From Batkoa obscura (lineage: Eukaryota), in the NCBI GenBank assembly GCA_030770535.1, contig JASVEC010000012.1, positions 124,001-188,000 of the forward strand: a stretch of 64,000 nucleotides of DNA, written 5' to 3'. This document shows, one piece after another, positions 1 through 13,025 of this stretch. The stretch's first letter is position 1; every line of letters starts with the position of its first letter. The position numbers were made by a program, and so were the translations under genes. A model generated the notes under the pieces. It saw only the letters and a list, made by a program, of their open reading frames with translations, was not told the origin of the DNA and ran no database searches.

Positions 1-2799
1 TATCTTCCAGTTTTATCGTCTTTGCCGATAAAGTTGAGGCCCGAAGACTGCTCCTGGTTTTGCCCAAGTTGTGGACCTTGTATTGTTTAATTGTTGTAGT
101 GGATATAACCGAATCCCTATTCATTTGATTCATACTTGACTTGGTTGATAATTGATATTCCTCTAAAGTTTCCATCTTTTCTTTAAATTTTATCCTAGGT
201 TCATCTTTATCTGAATTGATTTCTTCATTCGATGACTCCGTTAGGATACTATCTTCTCTTTTATTAGATTCATTTGATGTTATAGATTTTATATCAATTT
301 CTTGGACAGACGTCTCTGTTGAATTATCATGCTGGATTCCACCTGAAGTAATGGACACGGAGTCATTGTGTTGCGCTGGATCTTCAACAGTTTTATTATT
401 ATCAATTCTGTTATGCATGTTACTGCCATCCATGTTGATTTTATTTGAAGATCGGTTACTTACGCTAGAATGGATAGAGTTTGATTTACTCAAACTATTG
501 GGATCTCTAGACTTTATTGAAGATGCTTCACTTGTTTGGACAATACTTTCATCTAATTTCGAATGCATTGATTGAATTTCTTCATCTTTTGGCGCTTTTT
601 GTGTTTTTATAGGTTTAGAGTTACTTTTATTTGAATTTATTGAAACTTTATCTTCTAACACCTTTTGTTTATCGCTCAATTTATCAATAGGGCCTTTTGA
701 CTTCAATGATAAATTTTCTTTACTAGAATACTCAGGATCAGCTAATTTGATGCTTTGCTTTTCACTGTTATCCAAGTTTTCGCTATAGTTAGTGCTTACT
801 GTATTATTTAATACTATGTTTATAGAAGATTTATCTGGTTCATCAAAAGACATTTTAATTTTATCAATCTGATCTATCGGCATATCAACTTTAATATTAA
901 TGGAGCTAATATTTAGTATGCCGTTTGTAGAAGATTCATGTACTTTAGCATCATCAGTTTGCCTTAAGCTAGTCTGGAGTGAAGCTATTGAAGTTGCTTT
1001 TGATGTATTTGATTTTACAGATTTTGTATTACTAACCATACTTAAGTTACTTGTCATATTAGATATACATGACTCCTCTACGAGCGAGTTTTGATCTGAG
1101 TGATCTTCTAAATAATCAGATTCCTCCTCCGAATCTCGGTAATTTGATGGATGAGACGTTGAATAATCAGAATCTTCTACTGATTCAATTGGAGTTGAAT
1201 CATACCCAGTTGACGATATTGTCTCACTGGTTGTTTCAGTTTCATCAGAACTTGAGGTCAAAAAGGAATTTATGCTTGGTTTATTTGATATAGATACTTG
1301 ATTTAACGAATTATCATCATAAAGTCCTGTTTCTACATTTACTTCGCTTTCAATAGAGTAATTTGATTCATCAGAGCTTTTCAGGATATTTGAAGCAAAA
1401 CTATTTTCATTTTCTAAGATAGCTGAAGCCAAACTTTCCTTAGAATAAGTTGGAGATTTAATGTACCCTTCATCACTATCATTTGTACTGATGTTAATTT
1501 TACTCTTTTCCTGGTTTTTGACGTTTAAATCCTTATCTTCCGAACCTTCAATTTCAATTGAGGCTAGTTCATCCTCTTTACACGGAACTACGGCTTCAGA
1601 TACATCCTCTACCTCATGGCTTTCTTCTGATAAAACGGAGACTTCTTTTATTATAAAACTGTCCCATTTAGTATTCCTAGGACTTATGCCAACTCTTTCT
1701 TCTGAAACTATATTTGAGTTTGTTTAAAATACTAGTATAAAAAACAAGTAAACTACCTATTTGATTATCAATAGATGAAGATTCTTCATCAGTAGTTCCG
1801 AATTCCATTATATTCACCTTGCTTACCCCAAGGATTTCAGCATCTATATTATTATCTGAAATGATTTCATCTTCAATTGTTAATGAAGATGTATTGTATG
1901 CGTCCATTTCATTAAGCACTTTTTGTATTTCTTCTTCGTTCATTGCGATTGATGTCGAAAATAATGAGCCACTTATTGACGCATTGTCCTGTACTAAGTT
2001 ACTTGGTTCCAATTTATCTAATATCCAATTTTAATCAAAGCTTCATGATCATACACGAAATAAATGGAAATGTCTTTTTTGATCTACTATTTTACTAATG
2101 GTTTTTTTCAACTTTACATTGCATAAAAAAGAAAAAAAGAGTAGCAAAAAAGACTGTCCCAAATGAATCATAGAATTAAAAATTACCTTTAACACTAGCA
2201 ACTGAGGAACACTTTTTAGGTAAACTGTATTTCTCTATTATCATGGATTCTGTTGAACTAGATCTAGTCATACTTTGCTGTACATTTGATGTCGAAGACA
2301 TTGAATCAGCATATCTTTGTGAATTTATTTCAAAAGATTCCCTACAAATGGAACTGGGATTCGTATTTGTATCTGTGTCTAATCTAAACTGGATATGCAA
2401 ACTCTTCCTGGTCCTCACCATTTTTTTAAAAGAATCTCGTACCTCTTTTGCTAATAAAATAGCAGACTCTTCAAAATGTTCATTATCCCAATTTGTTAAC
2501 AATATTCTATATATAATTAGCAATTTCATTAAATTTCGGATAAAATCTCTCTGTTGTACACGTAAATTCATATTTGATAAAAGGATGTTGCTTTGGGTAT
2601 CAATGTCACTCTTTTTAAATATATCTTCAATGCATTCAACCAGACTTTGTATCTCATGAACTACAGAGCTGGTATCATGTTTTTTCAACTTCTTTTCTAC
2701 CAACTTCATCTTACTAATTGAATCATTTGAAGCTATAATCCACTCATTAGCTATTGTGTTTTTACTAATAAGCTCGTTCTTAGGCCTTTGCTTTGCCAT
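1..2799 (-). CDS. Multi-exon protein running off the window start: helical N-terminus plus long Ser/Glu-rich low-complexity region; possibly a Cdc25-type Ras GEF
   Basis: ORFs 2176-2799 and 1677-2012 join in frame through GT-AG introns (about 2187-2021 and 1756-1709) into a Ser/Glu-rich reading frame that appears to continue to base 1. The N-terminal helical block loosely resembles the region upstream of fungal RasGEF catalytic domains; no catalytic domain is visible. Confidence 0.6.
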
Positions 2800-3319
2800 T
2801 ATGAAATCTAATTCTAAAAAGTGAGTGTTGGTTATTGAATGCTAATTAATGAGATCAATGTATAAAATGAATAATTAAATGAGATTAATAAATAATCAAT
2901 AAAATAAAATTATTATAACAAATGGGTTTTTTTAATAAATAATATAATATCATATTAAACATTTAAGTTGAAATTAATTTAGTCAAGATCTGTAACGGTG
3001 TCAGATCATTCTAAGTTTTGTAAACTTTGCTATAATTTTCCTTAATTTTATTGGACAAAATTTGCTATTTCACATAAATTTAGTTCTAGTGACTGAAATA
3101 CAACTGCTAAAGTTCGCATGCAATTTCTCGCGAAATTTCTTTGACTGCTATTTGTTTGGTTGTATATTTTAAAACTTAATTCTTAAGCTTTAACAAGGAT
3201 TATGTCTAAAAATTTATTCTCAAATGAACAGTTAGTTACCTCACATTTGAAGTTTAACAGCTGCTAATTTAAACTAACAAATTTTATGTCTTTACTTCTT
3301 TGAGTATAAATATATATAT

Positions 3320-3414
3320 AAGGATGTATTTTTTTGCTTGAATTTTACTAACAATTATTCTACTCAAATAGCGCTTAAAAGATGGAAAAAGTGATGAAAC
3401 TAAAAAACACCCTC
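3320..3414 (+). mobile_element. MITE family A copy (about 100 bp, GGGG(A/G)TGT...ACA(C/T)CCCC termini)
   Basis: Shared core ctcaaatagcgcttaaaa...gaaaaagtgatgaaac; ATAT on both flanks. Confidence 0.85.
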
Positions 3415-4369
3415 ATATGATATAAATTACTTTGGGGTAAAAAGTTTATACCCCCAAGGCTAATTAACTTGCTAATACATTTAAATCATAGTATGTTTTT
3501 GAAATATGTAGATGCTAATATATAACAAGATAAGATATAACTATCTCCTGAGCTATATTCATTATATTACGATAACGGTAAATCAAAATTTATGTACAAA
3601 TCGAAGTTATTTATCCATAACTGTTAAAAATAAAAACTAACGAAACATGAAATTAGTAATGATTATATATTATAATAATAAGAATGATCGTAAATTTTAC
3701 TTTGATCTCTAAACCCGCTTTATAAGCTTAAAGACAAGTTATTTAGTTGAAATGTTTATATCAAAACCTAGTTTCATTCCAATTATTAAATTATTATTTT
3801 GAGAGTTACAGGAGTAAATTAAACTGGTATGGTCAGTTATTTTAATCTTACAATTAAAATTTAATTTAGAAATAATGGAGTCCCTTTTTTATAAATTTTT
3901 AAAAATGTTTTGAACAAAAACCTCTCTCTACTTATAAAAATGACAGCTGATTTTAACATCAATCAAAATTTAAACGTAAACTATATTACGCTAATGATAT
4001 TACTTATATAAAGTCATCATTTATTAAGATGTTTATTCTTAGCATATAGATTTTAAACCTTGGACCATGTATTGATTAATATAAAACCATAAGTCTGTTA
4101 TTGATAAAATTACTAATAGCACTGCTATTACTATAATTAATATTAGTATAGTGATAAAATAAGGGGTTGTTTAAATTCTAGCAACTTAATTTATAAGTTC
4201 TCTTAAAAACAAAGAAATGTTAAAAAACCTGAATAATATATAACTTAGAATAATTTCTTTGTTTAAAACAGATTAGGTTCAAATGATTAATATTATTAAA
4301 AAAATGATCTTATTACTAAAATATAAATAAATATAAAGACATGAAAGGTATGGGAAATAATCAAACAAA

Positions 4370-5087
4370 ATGAAAAAGGTGGCCGACTTTATTTTAACGC
4401 TTTACAAGTATTTTTAATTTGATTATAAACAATAACAAAATTTATTTATACTTTGCTTAGATTACTCAATGAAAATTTATACAGTGGACTATTATCATGG
4501 GCTAATGATGGTCATAGCTTTTATATACATGACAGTAAAAAATTCGAAAACATCCTAAAAATGTATTTTAAGAGTTCAACATTGGGCTCTTTCTTCCGTC
4601 AATTAAATGTAAGTTTTAGTATTATTATTTTACAATTTATTTATTTATTTGTTTTTAGCTGTATCATTTTTATAGATTAAGTGATAGTAGGAAAAAGGAA
4701 TATAAGAATGTACACATAATTCAGTTTAAAAACGAGCACTTTATAAAAGACCATCCTGAATTGCTAACTAATATTCGCCGCCAGAAAGTTAAATGTTATA
4801 AGCCTAAAAAGAAAATAGGTCAAAATAACGATGATAGCACTAAGCTGGATAACTTGGAAAATCCTTTGTTATCATTTGATGCAAATAACGATAGTAATCA
4901 ATATATCGACAATAATAGCTGTGTTAATAGGCTTCAATACCCTTGTTATTATCCCTGTTATTATCCCTATAATTATAATTATAACTATAATTATAACAAT
5001 TACTACTACTACTATAATAGCTATACTTGTTATAAGCTAGATTTCGATTATAAATCTCTTCCTTCATTCCCAAATTTTTTATTGTAA
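4370..5087 (+). CDS. Small HSF-type DNA-binding domain protein with Tyr/Asn-rich tail (3 exons)
   Basis: Spliced product MKKVADFILTLYKLLNE..LLSWANDGHSF..YFKSSTLGSFFRQLN|LYHFYR..FKNEHFIKDHPELLTNIRR matches the HSF DBD signature; introns about 4408-4460 and 4609-4658. Confidence 0.88.
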
Positions 5088-5132
5088 TATTATTAAAAAA
5101 TATAGATTCAGTTTGAATTTAAAGTGTTATAT

Positions 5133-5231
5133 GGGGGTGTATTTTTGTGTTTAAGAATTTTACTAGCAATCTTTCCGCTCAAATAGCGCTTAAAAGATAG
5201 AAAAAGTAATGAAGCCAAAAAAAACACCACC
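5133..5231 (+). mobile_element. MITE family A copy
   Basis: Full consensus match; ATAT/ATAT target-site duplication. Confidence 0.9.
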
Positions 5232-5286
5232 ATATCTAAAGTTTAATTTTAACTTTTCCCCTCACAGCTTTTATCTCACTTTTATA

Positions 5287-5443
5287 GCTGTTGCGGCTCT
5301 ATTACTACCTAATTAGCAGTGGTTTTTAGACTAATTATTTTTTCGCAGGCTTTAAAAAAGCCTAACTTATATACTCTAATTTAATTATGGCTAAATTTTA
5401 CTCCTAAATAAACAGTAAATTAAGTCAAAATAGAACCGCAATA
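5287..5443. mobile_element. Second dispersed repeat (MITE-like family B)
   Basis: Homologous to about 18060-18320; inverted ends TTGCGGCTCTATT and AATAGAACCGCAA. Confidence 0.5.
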
Positions 5444-6007
5444 TGTGCACAAAATATATAAGAAAAGGTTAAGGCTTTTTAAAGATTTTTAAAGATTTTC
5501 AAAGCTCAGTAGTTTCAATTATCTAAAATCCGATTGAATAAAAATAGGTTATAAATAATCAATAAACAAAAAAGTACTATTATAAAATAAGCGGGGGCAG
5601 TTTAAAAGAATCCACCATTGGAGAAAAAAAGTGCCAATATTTCACGGGTGTAAAAAATGGGGAAATGAATAACTGTAAAAATAAGTTTATTAGTATTTTT
5701 AACCATCTAATTAGCAAATCATTAGGCTTATTTTTCGAGTTGGTTATTAACTTATTATTATTTAGTTTAAATAGCATGCTTTTTTTACTCATATTTTTAT
5801 GCAAATGATTATAAAAAAATATATAAATAGGAAGATTATTTATTATCTGTTAACATTTTAACATCAACAAAATAGATATTAATATAAATAATATAAATAA
5901 TATAAATAATATAAATAATAAATAATAACATAAATAGACCTATAGAAATAAATTGAATCATCAAAATAATTTACGGCAATTGAGTTGTTGTAGATAAATA
6001 ATCAATT

Positions 6008-6574
6008 ATGAATAATGAAAAGAAATATAAGAAAGATGGCATATTAAAAAGATTTAATATAGCTAATTTATTTAGCAAGTTTAAGCCAGGGAAGAAAGAG
6101 TCAAAATTCGAAAAGCTACCTTCGATACCACCAAGTCCACAGCCAAGTAAAGAAAAGAACAAAAGGGTCTCGCTGCCAATCATACCTAGTATTATTAAAA
6201 GTTTAGATTTTACAAATAGCAATAGAAGATCTTTTCAAAGTAAAAGGAATAGTCTAAAGCATAATAGACCACAATCTTCCTTAAATTTAATTGGTGCTAC
6301 CCAACAACAGCAGACTAAACGCAAATCTTTTTTTAAATGTCGAAATATACAAGTTGAAGGTAATAGTGATCGTGACCTTAAAATCCGAAGCCTGTCATTG
6401 GAAAATGAAAGAAACGACGGAGAAATCATTGCACGTAAACAGCTTAGAAGCATACGCTCCTTTGATGAGATGATTTTTAATGGATTCGATCCCATCTTTC
6501 CTAATCAACCCAGACCCCTAACTGTTTCATTTTCTATTACACCTAAACTCCAATCTGAATCCTTATTAACTTAA
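6008..6574 (+). CDS. Hypothetical basic, Ser/Lys-rich protein (188 aa)
   Basis: Uninterrupted ATG-initiated ORF with higher GC than its flanks; no family recognised. Confidence 0.65.
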   Translation: MNNEKKYKKDGILKRFNIANLFSKFKPGKKESKFEKLPSIPPSPQPSKEKNKRVSLPIIPSIIKSLDFTNSNRRSFQSKRNSLKHNRPQSSLNLIGATQQQQTKRKSFFKCRNIQVEGNSDRDLKIRSLSLENERNDGEIIARKQLRSIRSFDEMIFNGFDPIFPNQPRPLTVSFSITPKLQSESLLT

Positions 6575-6957
6575 TATAATGCTTTTTTGTTTATATAGTT
6601 ATTATGATTTTAATTTTTTATTAAAAATGATTTATTAAATCTATAAGTATTTCAAATATAACACTTTATATAATAGAATATTAGGTTTAATAATAATGGT
6701 ACTTTACATCAGCCCTTAATTAGAATAACGACCTTGGGTAAATTTTATCTTTTAAGTTACTAACTATGACTAAACATTTTAAAATGAATTGCTTTAGTAA
6801 ATTTAAGAATATAAATTATTGTTTTAAATACAAAATTGTTATACCATACACTTTAATTAGATTACTTAATTTTTTAAATAACAATAAAAGTAATGAAATC
6901 AAGCTTTATTTGGCTATCAAACTTAAAATAAGGTAAAAAGAAATTAAGACAGATCAA

Positions 6958-7407
6958 CTATTTTTTTCCTTTTTTACCAAAGCCAATATTAAGACGTTTG
7001 GAGCCATTATTAGCGCCCTTACCACTACCTGCATTTCCACCTTTTACGCTTTGGTTATTGCCTTTGAGCTGGCCTCTGCTCCCTCCTTGTGGTTGTTGGG
7101 TATTCTTGGCTTGGCCTCTATTTTTTCCTTGGCCATTTTGATTATTATCTCTTCCTTGTCCACCTTGATTATTAGAATGGCCTAATAAGTTTTTCCCAGT
7201 ATTCCATGCACCTTTAATAGTGCTAGCTGCATTGTTTACTTTATTACTCAAGTTAGTAACCTTGTTTCCAACATTACTAATGGTGCCGAATATTCCACGA
7301 GACTGAACATATCCTCTTATATCAAGATTAGCGGACTCTTGGCTTCTGAAGCTAAAGGAGAAGGCACTGTTTAAAACGAGTAAAGTGAATAAGGTATTAA
7401 ACTTCAT
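6958..7407 (-). CDS. Small secreted cationic Gly/Asn/Gln-rich protein (149 aa)
   Basis: Signal-peptide-like N-terminus MKFNTLFTLLVLNSAFS, an amphipathic segment, then a G/N/Q/K-rich tail. Confidence 0.8.
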   Translation of the reverse strand: MKFNTLFTLLVLNSAFSFSFRSQESANLDIRGYVQSRGIFGTISNVGNKVTNLSNKVNNAASTIKGAWNTGKNLLGHSNNQGGQGRDNNQNGQGKNRGQAKNTQQPQGGSRGQLKGNNQSVKGGNAGSGKGANNGSKRLNIGFGKKGKK

Positions 7408-9091
7408 TTGTCTAACGTTATAATTAATTTATTATCAATGTTGTTGTTTTTGATATCTTAGTATTGAAATTTGTTTCTTATTTATATTATTTTTCCTCAT
7501 ACAATAACAATAATTGCTATTCAATTTATAATTATTATATAATATACGCCATATCATCATTGCCATTTTTTATAATATTAATTGACGTTTTATTTTTTTT
7601 ACTTTATTTAGTAATTTTTGAGTTTTTTAATAGATGTAATTAAAGTATGATTTTAACATTAATTGGTTAGTTTGATAAAGATTACTATACTTGAGCTTTT
7701 ATATTAATTCATTATATCTAAATAAACTATTATTATATTCAATGAACCAACAATTTAAATTAACAGTTTATGATGATAATTTCCTTTAATTTCGGGTCAA
7801 CATTTCATTAATACATAACCATTCCCATCAATATATTTTATTATTATATTGAATCAATAAATAAAATTACCAACTTTATCAATTGTATTACAATTTAATT
7901 CATTTTAATAGATTTTATAAATCATGTTACTATAACTAGTTTTTTTGCAATCTTTACATGATTCACCATAGTAAATACTAATCGAAAAGTGTTAGCTTGA
8001 TGAGAAAATTCCTTCAGAATTCTTTATAATAAAAGCATATACATCATAAAACATGTAGTATAATACATACCCATACACTGTAAAAAGTTACAAGTGTTAT
8101 AAAAACAAATATTTAGAACTGATTGGATTCAGATGCTTTTTTTATTTGTTGTCTATTTCTTTTATAGCAAATTTAAAAAAACGAAAGTATCTTAATGCAA
8201 TCAGTTCTAAACGAGAGGATTTTAAGAGTTAAATATAATACGAGTCTAACGAAACTATGTAGTAACTATGCTATAGTAGTCTTTTTTTTTTGAAATCTTG
8301 AAAAAGCTTATGGTTTTCAAGCGCCTCCATTCATGAAGCAAAATAATAGCTATCTTTTAAAAATGTTATTTTATAAACATGATTAAAATGTAAAGTATAA
8401 AATTTTACAGTCATTTTAAAATTTAATTCAAATATTCCAATAAACATTGAAGCAAATAGTATAACAAATTATGAAAAAACAGGGACGTTTGACCTCTCAA
8501 TTGAAATAGGTGCACTTTTTCTCAATATGCAACTTAATAAGAATTTAGGGTTGAAAGGTTCAAAGCTTTTAATTGGCCACCACTATTTTTACACATTTCG
8601 AATTTTCTCAATTAAACAAGTTAAATGTCTGTGTTTTTTCGTAATCGGTTATAGTATAAACTAAATTTCATTTACAATATTTTTTTAATGGTAGCTTAAA
8701 TAGAAATAAGATTAAAAAATGTTGAATATATCATAAAAGTTACTTAGATATTTTTATTATATATTTACCACTATATATAGAAATTAGATGTTTTATCAAT
8801 TTAGTTAATTTATTAAAAAATGTCTACATAGAGATGTCTTACATTAGTTTTATTTTTTTATCCAATTAAAAATTATATGTTTTAAAAACTTTGCATAAAT
8901 TCTGTAAAAATAATTTCTTTATTAAAAAGCAAAATTATCCAACATAGTTTTAAATTACTTTATTATAATTTATACTGTAAATTAGAAGAATTTTTATTAA
9001 ATTTAATAGAAATTCCCAAATTAGCAAGGCTTTTATTGATATAAATTATATATTGATATTAATTAAAGTTGTGATATGTAAATAAATACTT

Positions 9092-9191
9092 GGGAGTGTT
9101 TTTTTTTTGGTTTCGTCACTTCTTCCATTTTTTAAGCGCTATTTGAGTGGAAAAATTGTTAGTTAAATTCAAACACAAAAAATACATTCCC
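9092..9191 (-). mobile_element. MITE family A copy
   Basis: Consensus match; ACTT/ACTT TSD. Confidence 0.9.
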
Positions 9192-9318
9192 ACTTGTTTT
9201 TATAAAACTTTATTAAAAAATATTTATTATTAACTGCTTTATAGCTAACATTGCAGATTTATTATAAAATAAATAAATAGTTTTAATTTTATAATCATAT
9301 TATTAATATATTACTAAG

Positions 9319-9738
9319 TGTGAAAGTTGATATTCAGTGGTCGGAGTTAAAAGCTACTCTTGCTTAATTAACTTGCCTTGAGTCGAACGGTCTTAGTTTA
9401 TGTAACTAAGATAGACTTAATACTATACAATCTATGTAAGATGTCGTCAGAAAGACTTAGTGACTTTATTAATGATACGTTATCAGGGAGTAATTCAATT
9501 AAAAAGCCCCGAGTTAGTATATTGAAGAATCTCTTTTATACTCCAACTGAGTGGCTATATATATGGAACATTATAACAGTTATTCCTTATTATAGTTGCC
9601 AAGTATGGGCATTAAAACGTGGGCAATAAGTTCTTCATGATCAGGTGGTAGCAATTCTCACAGCAAATCTACATAAGGAACTCTGAATTGATTATTATAC
9701 TATAATCAATCCTAGAGCCAATGAAGCGATATTCCACA
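9319..9738 (+). mobile_element. Solo-LTR-like element (TGTGAAA...CACA), internally deleted
   Basis: Homologous to 25388-25866; TG...CA ends; TAAG/TAAG 4-bp TSD. Confidence 0.8.
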
Positions 9739-9958
9739 TAAGTTAATAAATAGCTGGATGGGAGGGAGTGGTTAGCCCTAAAACTATAATTAACCATCTT
9801 TATATGATGTAAGCAACATAATAATAGTTTTTATTTATCACTATAACTACTTGGTTTTTAGTTATCTATTAACTTAGCTATTAATAACTTAAATAATAAT
9901 AATAATATTTAATTATTAGTTTTTATCATTCAATAAGCTATTTACTTATTTAATAAAT

Positions 9959-10056
9959 GAGGATGTATTTTTTTGTTTGGAATTTTACTAGCAATTTTTC
10001 CACTCAAATAGTGCTTAAAAAATGGAAAAAGCAATGAAACCAAAAAAGATATCCCC
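9959..10056 (+). mobile_element. MITE family A copy
   Basis: Consensus match; AAAT/AAAT TSD. Confidence 0.9.
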
Positions 10057-10520
10057 AAATATTGAAATTTTTAAATTTTAAATTATTTTTATAAATAAGC
10101 GCTGGAGTTGATCTTTATTTTTTTATTTTTTATAGACTTTATAACTTTAATTGGAATTATATTATTATTTTTTTTGATTTATCAGATACTATATAACAAT
10201 GCAGTTTATCATTGTTTAATAAAATATAAACACTTTTTAATACCTTATATTTTTTCTATTTTTTTCATACTTTTTAAAAATTATATCTGTTTTTCCATTA
10301 TTAACAGTTAAGTTACTATTTCTATTATATTTATAAATAAAAATCTTATCTCGAAATTAACTAATTAATATTTTTTATTTTATTTAGTGCTTTAAAACTA
10401 CTTTTCCATTATGAAAAATTTTCAAATTGTCTATTAACTATACTTTTTTTATGATGCTTAGCAAAAAAATTAAAATCAATATTTAAACTATTATTTATTT
10501 TGTAAATTTTTTAAATAAAT

Positions 10521-10618
10521 GGGGATGTTTTTTTGGTTTCATTACTTTTTCCATTTTTTAAGCACTATTTGAGTGAAAAGATTATTAATAAAATTCTTAA
10601 ACTAAAAAATACATCCCC
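10521..10618 (-). mobile_element. MITE family A copy
   Basis: GGGGATGT...ACATCCCC termini and consensus core. Confidence 0.9.
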
Positions 10619-10741
10619 AATATTGTTTCTATTTTAGAGGGGTTGTAAATTCATAATATAATATCTAATTATCCATGCGTTTAATTTTTAAAATACAATG
10701 ATAATTTAAATCTAATCAAAAATTATTAAAGGATTAAATAT

Positions 10742-10839
10742 GGGGATGTATTTTTTTGTTTAAGAATTTTACTAACAATCTTTCCACTCAAATAGTGCTT
10801 AAAAATTAGAAAAAGTGATGAAACCAAAAAAACACCCTC
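10742..10839 (+). mobile_element. MITE family A copy
   Basis: Consensus match; ATAT/ACAT flanks. Confidence 0.9.
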
Positions 10840-12027
10840 ACATATTGATTAATCGTACTTCACTTTTGGATTTTTTGTAGTTAAATATCATGATTTTCGG
10901 AATAATGGTAGTATTTTTTTACAGCTTGTTAACTATTAACTATGAATATAAGGGTTTTAAGTTAATGTATGTTTCAAAGTCTCAGCTTTTACAGTAGTTA
11001 CTTTTATTTAGTACTTTATTGTTTAAATCTTTTTAGAATAGGTTAGTAATGTATAGAGTAAATAAAGAGATAAGTTATTAATATTTATAATCGTGCTTCC
11101 TAAACAACCGTTTCTTATTAAAATAAAACTTAATTTTAAATATAAATAGTATAAATTAAAACTGCTTTATTATATTATAGGTTTAATTTAATATTGAGAC
11201 ATTTAATTTTATTTATTGAATTAATGACATAGTTGTAAAAAATACACCAAAACAAACTGAACTTTACCAATTTTGGAATTTATACCACAAATATCACTGT
11301 ATAATAAAATCCTGTATTAACCTGTATTAACCTTAATGAAAAAGTAGTGATAATGTAAAGTAGAATTTAACTTAGTTTCTTTTATTCTGCCATAAGAGTA
11401 GATAATATATCATCAAAAAGTATTTTCCTTTATTGTCTATTGTTTTCTCCTATAGTTGCTATAAGACCTTTTGATTTGGATTTTATTTTGCTATTTTTTA
11501 ATATACTGCTTGCTTTAATATACAAATTTAAGATTTCAAAAAGCTTATCTTTAAAAAGATGTGAAGCATTTGTCTATATTATCTATCTATCTATCTATTT
11601 ATTTATTCTTAAAATTACTTGCTTTTCCGCTATCTCATTCAATAATTTTTTACTATGGGTTTATGCTTTTTATAGAAAAAGAATGCTTTGACCATTTTAG
11701 GTAGACTTTTTTTTAATAAAAGAATATTAATGATTCCATTATCAAACTTTGAAATAAAATATTAAAATAATTGAAATGATAAATGTTTTTTATCTACAAT
11801 GACTCAGGGATTCTTTATAACGAGTACACACTTATTTTAATAATACAATTCACGAATAGTCATTATAGAGTATTAATACTAGTGGGAAATGATACTACTA
11901 TAGTTTGTATGGCAAGGTTGGTGAATCTATTACTAGGTTTTTTCATCTTTATTTCTTTTTTACTAAAGAAATAAGTTATTGGTTGTAGTGGTATATAAAT
12001 TTTTACTTAAGTAGTATATTTTAGTAA

Positions 12028-12124
12028 TTGTATATTTTTTTTGAGTTCATCACTTTTTCTATTTTAAGCACTATTTGAGCGGAAAAATTATCAGTAAAAT
12101 TCTTAAATAAAAAATACATTCCCT
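12028..12124 (-). mobile_element. MITE family A copy, one end decayed
   Basis: Core aagcactatttgagcggaaaaa...aaaatacattccc. Confidence 0.75.
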
Positions 12125-12353
12125 AATTTTTTACGTAACAATTCTATACCTTTACTACTTTGAATATGCTCAAAAAGAGAGATGTATATGAGAAGCATAG
12201 TGTTTTTATAATTTTTATTTTTTAAATTAAAACTAATCAAAAACATGTAGCTTTATTATAATAATTAAAATTTATTATTGATATTAATTTCCAACCAGGG
12301 AAAATTAAGAAATAAACAAAAGTGATTATACTAAGTAATCTAGAAAAAAATGC

Positions 12354-13025
12354 TTAAAAAGAACTGAAATAAGTATCGAAAGAAAAAGTATCCGTTGGGA
12401 TGATATCATTAGGGGTATAGTCTACACTGTAGAAATTTAAAATGTTGCTATTGTAAGGGATAGTATTAATTAATGGAAATGGAATGCTGTAATCATAGTT
12501 ATAAAGGTAGCAAAGGGGTTCATAATCATTGCTAGGAGACACGTGTAATGTAGAAGGCGAAGAATTACAGCTAAATACATTATCTTGCACTGCTTCTTGT
12601 TTTAGCTGTTTCTTTTTGGGCTTGGATCTTCCTTTAGGATATCTCAATCTTTTAATTTTACTCAGAGTGTCCTCCGAGTTAACTTTAAAATGAGGATTCT
12701 TAAATTGACACCAGGAGTCAATATTGCCATCAGGGTTTAAGTTCTTTCCATCATTAACTCGAGTAAAACCATAAAGATTAAGTTGTCGAAAAAAGGAACC
12801 AGTACTATTATTTCGAAAATGTTTAGGAAGTATCGTTTGTCCAAAAGCTGAAGTGCTATTTACTGTGAATGTTTCACCTTGACCATCCCAATTTAGTATA
12901 TCTGGATAACTTTGTTCGCTCAAAAGTCTATTAATAATATCGTTAATAACAATATTCATTAAACAATTAAATTTGTAAACTTACCTATGAAGAGTTAAAA
13001 TAAAAGGAGAAATCTTCTGTTTCAT
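12354..13025 (-). CDS. Small HSF-type DNA-binding domain protein (2 exons)
   Basis: MKQKISPFILTLHR|LLSEQSYPDILNWDGQGETF..LPKHFRNNSTGSFFRQLNLYGF..FKNPHF; one GT-AG intron at the same position as intron 1 of the other two HSF genes. Confidence 0.9.

Larger units (their letters stand above)
8830..10520 (-). mobile_element. Degenerate truncated copy of the Sola-like DNA transposon (right end and transposase 3' part)
   Basis: Reverse complement aligns with about 24810-26397, including the decayed TIR at 8830 and the FFAEHH region near 10450-10480. Interrupted by two MITEs and one solo LTR. Confidence 0.8.

Noticed and set aside
216..2659. Plus-strand ORFs 216-575, 900-1094, 1461-1727, 1819-2034 and 2243-2659
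   Set aside because: Antisense shadows of the minus-strand Ser/Glu-rich gene.
5879..5930. Short ATATAAATA tandem repeat
   Set aside because: Low-complexity AT slippage with no evidence of function.
9378..9629. 83-aa ORF, and similar short ORFs at 23322-23588, 24974-25228 and 37063-37266
   Set aside because: They fall within LTR or MITE sequence and are not conserved as open frames in sister copies.
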